DNA from: an uncultured Gammaproteobacteria bacterium
GTDB taxonomy: Bacteria; Pseudomonadota; Gammaproteobacteria; Pseudomonadales; UBA5518
Length of the DNA: 64,000 nt
Assembly (NCBI GenBank): GCA_963819895.1
Contig: CAWFXU010000007.1
Span: 169,593-233,592, forward strand
Direction: 5' to 3'
Position numbers and translations under genes: made by a program. The notes beneath the pieces are model-generated. The model worked only from the letters and a program-made list of their open reading frames with translations. It was not told the DNA's origin and made no database searches. Shown in pieces: positions 1 to 11,299 of this stretch. Position 1 is the stretch's first letter; each line of letters begins with the position of its first letter.

Positions 1-261
1 CAGCGGCCCTTCCTGGCGCAGTTCGTTCGCGGTGTGCAGCAACTGCATCGTGGTGTCGTAGTTCGGCCCGAGCAGCGCCACCATGCGGTTCCTGACGATC
101 GGCTGCTCGAACAGGTTCACCTGGTTCGGATCGAAGCCGACCAGCGGCTTGAGCAGCGCCCACATCAGCTGGCTCGACGAGGGCATCAGCAGTGCTGGCG
201 CGAGACAGCCGGCCAGCAGCAGGCACAGCGCCACGACCGGCAGCAGCGCAGATTTGCGCAT
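1..261 (-). CDS. hypothetical lipoprotein (C-terminus beyond window edge)
   Basis: Reverse-strand ORF with ATG at 261 that runs off the left edge. Translation starts MRKSALLPVVALCLLLAGCLAPALL, a signal peptide plus LAGC lipobox. No family recognised. Absent from the ORF track because it is truncated. Confidence 0.5.
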   Translation of the reverse strand, partial: MRKSALLPVVALCLLLAGCLAPALLMPSSSQLMWALLKPLVGFDPNQVNLFEQPIVRNRMVALLGPNYDTTMQLLHTANELRQEGPL

Positions 262-275
262 CACGGGGAGCTCCT

Positions 276-1244
276 TCACTGGCGCCGCTCGCGGCGGATG
301 CGCGCCATCAGTGCGAACATCGCGACCACGTCGGCAGGCTGGTCGCTGCCGGAAAATTCGCGGTACATCGTGTCGACATTCACGACGATGCGCTCCGCAT
401 CGCCCCACGAGGAATAGTCAGCGAGCGAGATATCGAGCGCCGCCTCCCACGCGGGCATGCCGGCGTCGAAGCGCCGGCGCGCCTCGTCGCGCACGTAGGC
501 GAGGTAGTCGCGCACCGCACGCACGCCGCGCTTGTCGGTGACCGGGCCGTGCCCGGGCACCACGGTTTCCACGTCCAGCGCGAGAATGCGCTCGCAGGCG
601 TCGATCCAGTTCCCGACCGGGCCGGCCCACATGATCGGGTGTCCCTCGATGAACAGGATGTCCCCGGTATAGACGACCTTGTCGGCCGGCACGTGCACCA
701 GCGTGTCGCCGTGCGTATGCGCGGGGCCCACCTGCGTCAGCTCGACCTGCTTGTCGCCCACCGCGAGCGCGAGGCTGCCGCAGAAGGTCCGCGTGGGCAG
801 CCGCTGCGTGATGCCCTCGAAGTCGAAGGCGCCGAAGCAGTGCAGGATGAACTCGCCCATCTCGCCGAGCGCGGGCGCCGCCTTCTTGTACTCGGCCATC
901 ACGGCGGGCGTTTCGTGGCGCATCTCCTCCGCCGCGGCCACGGTCGCGATGATCTCCGCCCCGGGCAGCAGCGAGTTGCCGTTGCAGTGATCACCGTTGG
1001 CGTGCGTGTTGACCACCGCGCCGACGCTGCGCGCCGCCGGCACGCTGGCGCGCATCGCGGCGAGCATCTCTGCCGTCAGCTTCAGGTCGAACAGCGTGTC
1101 GACCAGCAGCGAGTGCTCGCCGTCCACCACGAGGCCGGCATTGCTCCAGCCCCAGCTGCCACTCGGCTGCAGCCAGGCCCAGGCGCCGTTGCCCAGATCG
1201 TGCAGGCCCCGGGTGTAGGGACGGATGGCGAGGGAGCCAGTCAT
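276..1244 (-). CDS. MBL-fold metallo-hydrolase
   Basis: ORF 276..1244, 322 aa. Metallo-beta-lactamase-type motifs are present: VNTHANGDHCNGN (HxHxDH variant), GPAHTHGD and VVPGHGP. Confidence 0.85.
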   Translation of the reverse strand: MTGSLAIRPYTRGLHDLGNGAWAWLQPSGSWGWSNAGLVVDGEHSLLVDTLFDLKLTAEMLAAMRASVPAARSVGAVVNTHANGDHCNGNSLLPGAEIIATVAAAEEMRHETPAVMAEYKKAAPALGEMGEFILHCFGAFDFEGITQRLPTRTFCGSLALAVGDKQVELTQVGPAHTHGDTLVHVPADKVVYTGDILFIEGHPIMWAGPVGNWIDACERILALDVETVVPGHGPVTDKRGVRAVRDYLAYVRDEARRRFDAGMPAWEAALDISLADYSSWGDAERIVVNVDTMYREFSGSDQPADVVAMFALMARIRRERRQ

Positions 1245-1367
1245 CGGGATCGTTCTCCGCGCGATTCAGCCGGTCGCAAGTCTAACCCACAACCTTGTGC
1301 AGAACGGACTTCGAAGGGTACCGCGAAACGACGCGAATTCAGGCGCCTGCACGCCTGGAGCATCGCC

Positions 1368-1479
1368 GGCCTCGTTGCCCAGCCACCGCAACGGGGCCCG
1401 CGGCAAGTACGTCCATGTAGGCTCTGGCGCCGCGTCCTGCGGCGCACGGCCCCTTATGCGGCAGCCGGGCAGCGAGGCC
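1368..1479. repeat. intergenic palindromic element, family A copy 1
   Basis: About 110 bp with inverted arms: ggcctcgttgcccagccaccgcaacggggcc ... ggccccttatgcggcagccgggcagcgaggcc. The core ccgcaacggggcccgcggcaagtacgtccatgtaggctctggcgccgc recurs in reverse orientation at 9164-9254. Confidence 0.55.
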
Positions 1480-1503
1480 GGCTCGGTAGCCTCTGCGCCA
1501 TCG

Positions 1504-2483
1504 TCAGCGCGCAAGCGCCGGCAGCACCTCGTGCTCGAAGAGCCGCAGCATCTTCCACGCCTCGGCCGGCGCGATACCGCCGAGCAGCGGGTTCAGCAGC
1601 AGTACGCTGTCGGAGCCCAGCGTGCTCGGCCAGCATCGAGGAGCTGCTGCGGCGACATCACGCGATAGGCGCGGTTGGTGCGCAACGATGCCGGGTCGGT
1701 GCGTCCCTTGTACGGGCCCTTCGCCTCGCCGAAACCCTCGCGCGTGAAGGCGCCGTATTCCTCGATCTGGCTCAGCACGTGCGGCTCCAGCATGTTCCAC
1801 GCGGCATCGGCATCGTCGGCGACCCACAGGAAGGTCGGGCCGTAGGCGGGGAACGCGCCGGGATCGGGCTTGCCGAGCGCGAGGCACTCCTCGCGGTACG
1901 GCGTCCACAGGCGCGGGTCGAGCGGCGGCAGCCAGCCGTCGGCGATGCGCGCGGCGCGGCGCGCCGCCGCGGGCGAACTGCCGCCGAGCAGTATCGGCGG
2001 CGCCGGGTCGGGCACGGGCCGCACGCGCACCGGGCGGCCGCGGAACTCGAAAGCCTCGCCGGTCCACGCGCGGCGCAGGAACTCCACCAGCTCGCCGATC
2101 GCGGCCCAGCGCTCGTCGAGGCGGCGACCGAACATCGCGAATTCGCTGGGGCGGTAGCCGCCGCCGATCGCTAGACTGAAGCGCTCCGGCGCGATCAGCG
2201 CGAGCACCGCGCAATCCTCGGCGAGCTTCACCGGATCGTAGAGCGGCGCCAGCAGCACGTTGGGCCGCATGCGGATGCGCCGCGTGCGACCGGCCACCGC
2301 CGCGCAGGCGATCAGCGGCGAGGGGTTGTAGCCGCTGTCGGCGCCGTGGTGCTCGCCGAAGTTGACCACGTCGAAGCCGACGTCGTCGGCCCAGGCGCAG
2401 ATGTCGAGCATCGCGGCGTAGAGCTCGCGATGCGGCGCACCGCAGTCGGGCGAGCGCAGTTCGAAGGCGAGTTGCAGCTGCAT
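1504..2483 (-). pseudogene. LLM-class flavin-dependent oxidoreductase (luciferase-like), frame broken near 3' end
   Basis: ORF 1593..2483 ([11 protein letters not shown]...[16 protein letters not shown]...) carries the body. The typical C-terminus DSVLLLNPLLGGIAPAEAWKMLRLFEHEVLPALAR lies in another frame ending at 1504. An MLAEH segment lies in the third frame, which implies two 1-nt insertions near 1618 and 1638. Span length is 3n+2. Confidence 0.8.
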
Positions 2484-2532
2484 GGTTTGCTTCCGTGATT
2501 CAACGATGATTGCCCGGGGTTTCCAGCCGCTG

Positions 2533-3910
2533 TCAGACCATGTCCGCCGGGCGCACCCAGCGGTCGAAATCCTCGGCGCTGACCAGCCCGAGCGCGAGCG
2601 CCGCCGCGCGCAGCGACAGGCCGTGTTCGTGCGCGTGCCGCGCGATGCGCGCGGCCGCCTCGTAGCCGATGTGCGGATTCAGCGCGGTCGCCAGCATCAG
2701 CGACGCGTCGACGTAGGCCGCGAGGCGCGCGGGATCGGCCTCGATACCCTCCACGCAGCGCAGCGCGAAGCTCTCGCTGGCATCCGCGAGCAGCTCGATC
2801 GACTCGAGCACGTTGTGGATGATCAGCGGCTTGTAGACGTTCAGCTCGAGCACGCCCTGGCTTCCCGCGATGGCGACCGCCGCGTCGTTGCCGAGCACCT
2901 GCACCGCCACCATCGTGAGCGCCTCGGCCTGCGTCGGGTTCACCTTGCCGGGCATGATCGAGCTCCCCGGCTCGTTGGCCGGCAGGCGCAGCTCGGCCAG
3001 GCCGCAGCGCGGCCCGCTCGCGAGCAGGCGGATGTCGTTGGCGATCTTCAGCAGCGCCGTGGCCAGCAGTCGCAGCGCGGCGCTGAATTTGAGCATCGGC
3101 TCGTGCGCCGCGATCGCCATGAGCAGGTTGCCGGCCGGGCGGAACGGCACGCCGCTCAGCTGCGCCAGTTGCGCGCACACGCTCGCGGACCAGCCGGGCG
3201 GCGCGTTGAGCCCGGTGCCGACCGCCGTCGCGCCCAGCGCGAGCGCGAGCAGCGACGCGCGCGCCTCGGCGATCGTCGCGATGCAGAATCCGAGCTGCGC
3301 GGCGTAGGCGCCGAACTCCTGGCCCAGCGTCACCGGCGCGGCATCCATCAGGTGCGTGCGCCCGGTTTTCAGCAGGTCCGCGAAGGCGGCGGCGCGCTCC
3401 GCGAGCGCTCCCTGCAGCGTCTGCAGCGCCGGCAGCAGGCGCGTGTCGCAGCGCTGCACCGTGGCGACGTGCATCGCGCCGGGAAAGACGTCGTTCGAGG
3501 ACTGCGCGCGGTTCACGTGATCGTTCGGGTGCAGCGCGGGGCCCGTGGCGCCGCCGAGCTGGTTCGCGCGGTTCGCGATCACCTCGTTCAGGTTCATGTT
3601 GGTCTGCGTGCCGCTGCCGGTCTGCCACACGCTCAGCGGAAACTCGGCGTCCCAGCGTCCGGCGATGATCTCGTCGCAGGCCGCGGCGATCAGCGCCGCG
3701 CGCGCGGCGTCGAGGTTGCCGAGCTCCGCGTTCGCCAGCGGCGCAGGCCTTCTTCACCAGCGCGAAGGCGGCGATGAAATGCGGCGGGAAGCGTTGCGTG
3801 CCGATCGGAAAATTGCGCCGCGAGCGCTCGGTCTGCGCGCCCCACAGCGCGTCGGCGGGCACCTCGACCTCGCCGAGGCTGTCGTGCTCCACGCGGTAAC
3901 GGTCGTTCAT
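2533..3910 (-). pseudogene. fumC: class II fumarate hydratase, one frameshift
   Basis: N-terminus [30 protein letters not shown] starts at 3910. The remainder is ORF 2533..3630 ([12 protein letters not shown], signature [16 protein letters not shown]). The frames join near 3740-3750. Span length is 3n+1. Confidence 0.9.
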
Positions 3911-3933
3911 GGCGGTGCTCCTCCCCGGATCGC

Positions 3934-6288
3934 TCAGTCGCTGCCGCGCGGTGTGCCGGCGTCGCGGGCCATTTCCAGGAATTCCGCCGCGCTCACGGGG
4001 CGGCCGAGGAAATAGCCCTGCACGAATTCGCAGCGGCGCGCGCGCAGGTAATCGTACTGCTCCCGCGTCTCGACGCCCTCGGCCACGACGCGCAGGTCCA
4101 GCCGCTCGGCCATCACGAGGATGGTCTCGATCAGCGCCTCCTCGGCGCGGCCGACGCCGATCGCGCGCGTGAACGAGCGGTCGATCTTGATGATGCCGAC
4201 CGGGAACCGCGTCAGGTGTATCAACGAGGCGTTGCCGGTGCCGAAATCGTCGATCGAGATGCCGATGCCGCTGGCGGCCAGCTCGTTGAGCGCCTTGTGC
4301 GCCTCGGCGGGATCGTCGAACAGCAGCCGCTCGGTGATTTCCACCGTGAGCCTGAACTCGCGTCCGGCCGCCTTCACCGTGTCCATCCAGCGCTGCATCT
4401 GCTGGTTCTGCGACGAGAAGATGCGCGGCGAGACGTTGGCCGACAGGCCGATGCCGGTGCCGAGCAGCTCGTTGATCCCGCGCACGGCGTCGATCGCGGT
4501 CTGCATCACGACGAAGTCCACGCGGTTGATCAGCCCGGACTCCTCGGCGACCGGCACGAATTCGCCGGGCGACACCCAGGAGCCGTCCTCGCGCTGCCAG
4601 CGCGCCAGCGCCTCGCAGCTGACGATCCTGCCGGTCTGCACGCTGAATATCGGCTGCAGGTGCGCCACGATGCGCCCGTTGTCCAGGGCGCCGACCAGCT
4701 CGTTGTAGAGGCGGTGGCGGCGCTCCGATTTCTCCTGCATCTCGCGCGTGTAGAAATACCAGCCGTTGCGTCCCGAGCGCTTCACCGCGTACATGGCCTG
4801 GTCGGCCTTGATCATCAGCGAGTCGGCACTGCTCGCATCGTCGGGGTAGATCGCCACGCCGACGCTGGCGCCGCAGAACACCTCGCGCTCGCCGATGCGA
4901 AACGCCCGGCCCATGGCCTCGACGATGGCCTCGGCCACGCGCGAGATCGATTCCTCGGCCACGATGTCGTAGAGGATCGCGGTGAACTCGTCGCCGCTCA
5001 GGCGCGCCACCGTGTCGGAGGCGCGCACGCAGGCGCAGATGCGGCGCCCGACGTCGATCAGCAGCTGGTCGCCCGCGTCGTGCCCGAGGTTGTCGTTCAC
5101 CGACTTGAACTCGTCGAGGTCGATGAACAGCAGCGCGTGGCGGGCACCGGTGCGGCCCGAGCGCGCGATCGCGGATTCGAGCTGCTGGCGGAACAGCGGC
5201 CGGTTCGGCAGGCCGGTGAGCGGATCGAAGTTGGCCTGGCGTTCCATCGCCAGCGCGTACTCGCGCTCCCGCGCGCGCGAGCGGGCGTTGACGCGCAGCG
5301 CGTTCAGCAACAGCGCCAGCAGCACGAGCGCGCACAGGCGGATGACCCGGGCGCCGTAGACGGTGCGCAGGTCGGTGCCGGGCACGGCCCCGATCTGCCA
5401 CGAGCCGCCGCCGATCAGCACCGGCATGGTGACGGCATCGGGGGCCTCGAACACGCCGGCATCGCCATGGAACACCTCGCCGCGCTCGCCCTTGCCATCC
5501 TTGCCGCGGATCGCGATCCGCAAGCCGTCGGGCAGCGGAGCCTCGAGCCCCCCCTGCTGCAGCACCTTGCCCACGTCGATCGGCGCCGACACCAGCCCCC
5601 AGGTCACGCGCGGCTGGCCCGGCGTGTCGATGTAGACCGGTGCGCGACCGATGAATGCCGTGCCGCCCTGCACCAGTTCCAGCGGCCCCGCGACCACCAG
5701 GTCGCCGCTCTGCAGCACGCGCTCGGCGGCCTCGCGCTGCGCGGGATTGGCCCGGTAGTCGAGCCCGAGCACCGCCTCGTTGCCCTCGTGCGGATAGACG
5801 TAGCGCACCACCAGGCCGGGCGCGGCGGCCAGGTTGCGCAGCGACGGCTCGCGCGCGATGACGTTGCGCGCGTAGGCGGCGAACTCCTCCTGGCTGAGGT
5901 CGGGATTCGCCGCGACGAATGCCGCCAGCCCGTTGGTCAGCGCGAGGTTCTTCGCGATCACGCTCTCGAGGCGGCTGCGCAGCGAACCGAGGCGCTCGAG
6001 CAGCTCCAGGCGCTGCTCGTTCGCGCGCTGCTCGCGGAAACGCCACTCGAGCAGCCCCCCGGCGCCGAGGACGAGCAGCACCAGCGCGGCGGCGGCGATG
6101 CGCGGCCGGCGATCCCACCAGTACAGCGCCGCCACGATGAGGACCAGCACGCAGACGGCCACCGCCACCAGCCACGTCACGCGCACCGGCGCGACCAGGA
6201 CCAGGTCCGCGCGCGCAAGCCCGGGCAGGGCGAACAACAGCAGGGCCGCGCACAGCTGGCGCGGCGCGGTCAGGGCGGCTCTGGACAT
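3934..6288 (-). CDS. CHASE-GGDEF-EAL c-di-GMP signalling protein
   Basis: 784-aa intact ORF with an N-terminal TM segment, a periplasmic CHASE-like domain and a second TM segment. The GGDEF domain carries SGDEF. The EAL domain has the EAL, DDFGTG and EGVE motifs. Confidence 0.9.
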   Translation of the reverse strand: MSRAALTAPRQLCAALLLFALPGLARADLVLVAPVRVTWLVAVAVCVLVLIVAALYWWDRRPRIAAAALVLLVLGAGGLLEWRFREQRANEQRLELLERLGSLRSRLESVIAKNLALTNGLAAFVAANPDLSQEEFAAYARNVIAREPSLRNLAAAPGLVVRYVYPHEGNEAVLGLDYRANPAQREAAERVLQSGDLVVAGPLELVQGGTAFIGRAPVYIDTPGQPRVTWGLVSAPIDVGKVLQQGGLEAPLPDGLRIAIRGKDGKGERGEVFHGDAGVFEAPDAVTMPVLIGGGSWQIGAVPGTDLRTVYGARVIRLCALVLLALLLNALRVNARSRAREREYALAMERQANFDPLTGLPNRPLFRQQLESAIARSGRTGARHALLFIDLDEFKSVNDNLGHDAGDQLLIDVGRRICACVRASDTVARLSGDEFTAILYDIVAEESISRVAEAIVEAMGRAFRIGEREVFCGASVGVAIYPDDASSADSLMIKADQAMYAVKRSGRNGWYFYTREMQEKSERRHRLYNELVGALDNGRIVAHLQPIFSVQTGRIVSCEALARWQREDGSWVSPGEFVPVAEESGLINRVDFVVMQTAIDAVRGINELLGTGIGLSANVSPRIFSSQNQQMQRWMDTVKAAGREFRLTVEITERLLFDDPAEAHKALNELAASGIGISIDDFGTGNASLIHLTRFPVGIIKIDRSFTRAIGVGRAEEALIETILVMAERLDLRVVAEGVETREQYDYLRARRCEFVQGYFLGRPVSAAEFLEMARDAGTPRGSD

Positions 6289-6457
6289 CGGGGTCGCCGG
6301 CTACGACGGATGGGTCGGTGAACGCATATTAGCGGGCCGCGGCGCCGCCAGACAGCGCCCTGGCGGACATCGGCGACCTACCCGGGTTCCGGGAAATGGC
6401 TTAAGGTAGGGCGATTGCCACGCACACCCACGATATCGGCAGAAGGATCCCGCAGGC

Positions 6458-7315
6458 TTGCAACACGGACGACCGGACCAGACCGCGCTCGGCCAGGCGC
6501 TCGCGAGCACGCTGCGCACGTTCGGCTCCCCGCCTTTCGTCCCCGCGCTGGCAGCGCTGCTCGGCGCGCTGGTGCGCGCCGACGACGTCATGATCGTGCT
6601 CTACCGCGGCGGGCAGGCGCCCGAACTGATCCACGACCAGAGCACGGGCAGCGAGAGCGCGACCAACCTCGCGCTGTACCTCAAGGGCGCCTACCTGCTC
6701 GACCCCTTCTATCGTGCCTTCGCCGACGGCGTGGCTCCGGGCTGCTACCGCCTGCACCAGCTGGCGCCGGCGGCGTTCCGCGCCTCGGAATACTTCCGCC
6801 TGCACTACGCCCGCACGGGATTCCGCGACGAGATCGGCTTCCTGCTCTCCCCGGCACCGGCCTTCTGCGTGCACCTGTCGCTGGCGCGGCGCGGCACGCA
6901 CGCACGCTTCAGTGCGGCCGAGCACCGCCGCCTGCTCGACTTCGAGCCGGTGCTGCGCGAGCTGGCGGCGCGGCACTGGGCGCCGCCGCCCGTCGCGGCC
7001 CCGTCGCCGCTCACCACGCAGCTCGATTCGGCGCTCAAGTTCTTCGGGCGCGACTTCCTCACCGAACGCGAGGCCGAGGTGCTGCAGCTGCTGCTGCGCG
7101 GGCATTCCACCAAGTCGATCGCCGAACGCCTGGGCATCTCGCCCGAAACGGTGAAACTGCACCGCAAGCACAGTTATGCCAAGCTCGACGTGTGCTCGCA
7201 GGCCGAGCTGTTCCACCTGTTCATCGACGCGCTCGGCAGCCGCGGCAGCTACCGCGGCGGGGACCCGCTGACCGGATACCTCACGCGCGCAGGTCCGGAG
7301 GATCATCGATCATGA
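6458..7315 (+). CDS. LuxR-family transcriptional regulator
   Basis: C-terminal HTH: LTEREAEVLQLLLRGHSTKSIAERLGISPETVKLHRKHSYAKL. The TTG start at 6458 is uncertain. The stop overlaps the next ATG (ATGA at 7312-7315). Confidence 0.8.
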   Translation: MQHGRPDQTALGQALASTLRTFGSPPFVPALAALLGALVRADDVMIVLYRGGQAPELIHDQSTGSESATNLALYLKGAYLLDPFYRAFADGVAPGCYRLHQLAPAAFRASEYFRLHYARTGFRDEIGFLLSPAPAFCVHLSLARRGTHARFSAAEHRRLLDFEPVLRELAARHWAPPPVAAPSPLTTQLDSALKFFGRDFLTEREAEVLQLLLRGHSTKSIAERLGISPETVKLHRKHSYAKLDVCSQAELFHLFIDALGSRGSYRGGDPLTGYLTRAGPEDHRS

Positions 7316-9088
7316 GCTTGCTGCCGCGCATCGCCGCCCTGTTGCTCGTCGTCGTGCTCGCGCCGCTCGCCGCGGCGCAGAGCGCGCCCGAGGCGCTGAC
7401 GCGGATCTTCGGCGACTACGAACAGGACTACCTGAGAGCTCAACCCGCACGACGCGACGCTGCGCGGCGACCGCCGCTACAACGCCGTGCTGGCCGACAG
7501 GATCAGCGCCGGGTTCCTTGCCGCGGACCGCGCGCTGGCCGAGCGCTACCTCGCCAAGCTCGATGCGATCGACACCGCGGCACTGGACACGAGCGGGCAG
7601 AACAGTGCCGCGACCTTTCGCTTCAACCTGGAACTCGCGCGCGAGCGCCACGCATCGGGTTTTGCCGCCCGGCAGGCGCTGATGCCCGTCAGCCAGTTCA
7701 ACGGCCTGCACCTGGAGCTCGCGCAGCTGGGATCGGGCAGCGGCGTGCAGCCCTTCGCCAACGCCGCCGACCACGAGGCCTGGCTCGCGCGCGCGGCCCG
7801 GTGGCCGCACTGGGTCGACATGGCGATCGCGAACATGCGCCGCGGCATCGCCGAGGGCGTGGTGCTGCCGCGCGTGCTCGCCGAGCGCGTGCTGCCGCAG
7901 CTCGAGGCGCACATCGTCGACGATCCGCGGCAAAGCGTGTTCTGGGGGCCGGTCGGGAAGCTCGCGCCGGGCGCCGGGCGCGATGCACTGGAGCCGCGCT
8001 ACCGCGAGCTGATCACCACCGGCATCGTGCCCGCCTACCGCGCGCTGCACGCCTTCATGCGCGACGAGTACCTGCCCGCGGCGCGCACCAGCGTCGGGCG
8101 CTCCGCGCTGCCCGACGGCGCGAACTGGTACGCGCTCGACATTCGCACCAATACCACCCTGCCCTTGACCGCCGCGGAGATTCACCGCACCGGGCTGGAG
8201 CAGGTCGCATTGCTGCACGCCGAATTCGAGCAGGTGCGCGTGCGCATGGGCTTCGAGGGTTCGCTGCCGGAGTTCTTCGAGCACCTGCGCACCAGCAAGA
8301 CCTACCTGCACCCCTCGGCCGATGCCGCGCTCGCGGCCTACCGCGCCGTGAAGGCCGACGTGGCAAGGCAGCTGCCGACGCTGTTCGGCCGCATCCCGAA
8401 GGCCGATTACGAGGTGCGCCCGGTCGAGGCCTTCCGCGCCGCGAGCGCCGCCGGCGCCAGCTATCAGCGCCCGGACGCCGGCGGCACGCGTCCCGGCGTG
8501 TTCTACCTCAATACCCACGACCTGACGCGCATCCCGACCTACGAGACCATGACGCTGTCGCTGCACGAGGCCGCACCCGGCCACCATTTCCAGGTCGCGA
8601 TCGCGACCGAGTCGGAGCACCTGCCCGATTTCCAGCGCTTCGGCTACATCACGGCATTCAGCGAAGGCTGGGCGCTGTACGCCGAAACGCTGGGCCACGA
8701 CATGGGCGTGTTCGACGATCCGCTGCAGTACGTCGGTTTTCTGCACAGCCGGCTGTTCCGCGCCAACCGCCTGGTGGTCGACACCGGGCTGCACGCCAAG
8801 GGCTGGACCCGCGAGCAGGCGATCCGCCATTTCCTCGACAACTCGCCGATGTCCGAGGCCGATGCGACGGCCGAGGTCGAGCGCTACATCGCCTGGCCCG
8901 GGCAGGCGCTCGCCTACCTCACCGGCGCGCTCGAGATCCAGCGCCTGCGCGCGCAGGCCGAGCGCGAACTCGGCGCGCGCTTCGACCTGCGCGCCTTCCA
9001 CGACGAGGTGCTCGGCGACGGCATCATCCCGCTGCCGGTGCTGCAGACCAAGATCGCGCGCTGGATCGAGGCGCGGCGGGACAGCTGA
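7312..9088 (+). pseudogene. secreted DUF885-family protein (metallopeptidase-like), one frameshift
   Basis: Signal peptide MSLLPRIAALLLVVVLAPLAAAQS is in frame 1. The body, ORF 7487..9088, is in frame 2 and contains HEAAPGHHFQ. The extra base is at about 7435 (tacctgAgagctc). Confidence 0.85.
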
Positions 9089-9163
9089 CTGCTATTCGGG
9101 CGCCGGAGCGTCGCTGACTGCGCTGCGTGCCCTTGCCGTGCGGGGGACGCCGTGAATACATCT

Positions 9164-9254
9164 CTGTAGGCTCGAGCGCCGCAGGGATGCGGCGCCAGAG
9201 CCTACAGGGACGTACTTGCCGCGGGCCCCGTTGCGGCGGTCGGGCAGCGAGGCC
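9164..9254. repeat. intergenic palindromic element, family A copy 2
   Basis: Reverse-oriented copy of the 1368-1479 core. It also carries its own hairpin: tgtaggctcgagcgccgcagggatgcggcgccagagcctaca. Confidence 0.55.
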
Positions 9255-9279
9255 AGCGACGCTCCACGAGCCGCTCTCG

Positions 9280-11262
9280 CTACATCAGCACGTTGACGAT
9301 CGCGTTGCCGATGCCGATCAGCGCGGCGCCGGAAATCAGGCCCGCGCAGATCGGTTCGCAGCCCTCGACCCAGAGCGCGTGATCGCGGGTGCCGGGCGCG
9401 GGCTTCTTGCGGCCCATCCACCAGAAGAACATCGCGCCCAGCCACATGGCGAAGGTGGACTCCGGCGGCAGCACCACACCGAGGCCCACGGCCACCGCGG
9501 AGATCGGGAAGCGCCCGTTGGTGCGCATGCGCAGGATCTCGAACACCACGGCGGCCACCGCGGCCAGCGCCATCGCCACGATGGCGCTCGCCGGCAGGCC
9601 CGAAAGCCCCTTGGCGATGATGTCGGCGACGCCTTTCCACTGCAGTGCCGCCGGCATCGCGAACTGCTCGGACACGAGCGTGGAGACCGAGCGCTGACCG
9701 TTCGCATCCGGCGGCAGGAACAGCAGGAAGAACAGCGGCGTGGCCGTTAGCGCGCCGGCGAAGATGCCGATGACGTGGCCGAGCGCCTGCTGGCGCGGCT
9801 TGGCGCCGAGCATGTAGCCGGGCTTGATGTCCGACAGCAGGTTCGCGGCGTTCGAGGCGATCTCGGCGGTCATGCCGGCCGGGATGAGGTTGCTGGCCGG
9901 GTTGGCGCGGTCGATCGCGCCCATCGTGAACTGCGTGATCTTCGACAGCGCGCCGGTCGGTGTCCACGAGGTCAGCGCCATCGAGTTGGTGCAGATCACG
10001 GTCAGCACGAAGATGAGCGGCAGCGACACGAAGGCGAGCAGCCAGGGAACGCCGAAGAAGGCGTGCGTGACCCACGCGCCGAGCACGCTGAATACCGGCA
10101 CGCCGACGTAGGACATCCACAACGGCAGCTCGATGTGCCCGAGCACGTCGGGTCCGCGCGGTTGTGCGGAGCCGCGGCGCAGGGACTTCAGCGCGCTGGT
10201 GAACAGCTCGGGCTTCGCCAGCAGGCTGACCAGCGAGCCGACCACCATCATCGTGACGGCCCACCACAGCGCCCACTGGTTGACGATCTCGCCGCGCGAG
10301 ATCGGGATCAGCACGCCGGCCGGCGAGGCGTACTCGCGAATGTCGCCGCGCTCGATCATGATCGGCGCGAGCACCGCGAAATTGACCACGGCGCCGAGCA
10401 GGCAACTGGTGGCGACGCGTATGCCCATCAGGCCGCCGACGCCGAGCATCGCGGCATCCAGCGTGAAGCGCAGGCCGAGCTGGCGCACGTCGGTGCCGAG
10501 AATGCGCGGGATCCAGCCGTTCAGCTTGTCGGCATAGAGGTAGTAGTAGCTGTCCAGCCGCTCGATGAAGTGCCAGGGTTCCTGCATGCCGGCCCAGCGG
10601 TCCATGCGCAGCAACTTGAACTGCACGAGCCGCATCCAGCCGTCGCTGGAGACGAACTGGTAGAGCGCGGCAAGTCCGCCGCTCACCGCGAGCAGCCGTG
10701 CCTTGAACATGCCTTCGTCCGCGTGCCCCGTGTAGAGCGAGTCGAGCACCACGCCGCAGGCACGGCCCTCGGGAAACGGCAGCTGGTCTTCGTTGATGAA
10801 GCGACGCTTGAGCGGAAACGCCACCAGCACGCCGAGAATGGAGATGACGGACGTCCACACCACGATCTGCCACCACGGCACGATGTGCCCGGTCACCAGC
10901 ATGTAGGCGGCGAGACTCGAGATCAGCGGCGTGATCATGTAGCCCGCCGCGGTCGCGATCGACTGCGTGCAGTTGTTCTCGAGGATCGTCATGTCCTGCA
11001 CCAGGCCCACGCCGGCGAGGACGCGGAATATCGCGAAGGCGAGGATCACCGAGGTGAGCCCCACGCCGATCGAGATACCGGTCTTGCCGCCGATGTAGAG
11101 CGCGGTGGCGGCGAGCACGCCGCCGAGCAGGAAACCGGTGAGCCCCGAGCGCAGCGTCAGCTGCGCCATGTCACCGCGGTAGACGTTGTCGAGCCACCAC
11201 CGGTCCTTCTGTTCGCGGGTCCAGGTGCGGGTCTGTTCGTCGCTCAGCTGCAGCAGGGGCAT
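9280..11262 (-). CDS. OPT-family oligopeptide transporter
   Basis: 660-aa intact polytopic ORF. The N-terminus EQKDRWWLDNVYRGDMAQLTLRSGLTGFLLGGVL is typical of the OPT superfamily. Confidence 0.9.
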   Translation of the reverse strand: MPLLQLSDEQTRTWTREQKDRWWLDNVYRGDMAQLTLRSGLTGFLLGGVLAATALYIGGKTGISIGVGLTSVILAFAIFRVLAGVGLVQDMTILENNCTQSIATAAGYMITPLISSLAAYMLVTGHIVPWWQIVVWTSVISILGVLVAFPLKRRFINEDQLPFPEGRACGVVLDSLYTGHADEGMFKARLLAVSGGLAALYQFVSSDGWMRLVQFKLLRMDRWAGMQEPWHFIERLDSYYYLYADKLNGWIPRILGTDVRQLGLRFTLDAAMLGVGGLMGIRVATSCLLGAVVNFAVLAPIMIERGDIREYASPAGVLIPISRGEIVNQWALWWAVTMMVVGSLVSLLAKPELFTSALKSLRRGSAQPRGPDVLGHIELPLWMSYVGVPVFSVLGAWVTHAFFGVPWLLAFVSLPLIFVLTVICTNSMALTSWTPTGALSKITQFTMGAIDRANPASNLIPAGMTAEIASNAANLLSDIKPGYMLGAKPRQQALGHVIGIFAGALTATPLFFLLFLPPDANGQRSVSTLVSEQFAMPAALQWKGVADIIAKGLSGLPASAIVAMALAAVAAVVFEILRMRTNGRFPISAVAVGLGVVLPPESTFAMWLGAMFFWWMGRKKPAPGTRDHALWVEGCEPICAGLISGAALIGIGNAIVNVLM

Positions 11263-11299
11263 GGGCGGGTCTCAGCGCGGTCGCGGGCGTGGCCCGCTC

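Noticed and set aside
2312-6253. 1313-aa reverse-strand ORF spanning the fumC and GGDEF/EAL regions
   Set aside because: The composition is Arg/Ala/Gly/Pro-dominated, typical of an out-of-frame reading of GC-rich DNA. Only its short [26 protein letters not shown] segment is real, as the fumC N-terminus. The rest overlaps well-supported genes in other frames.
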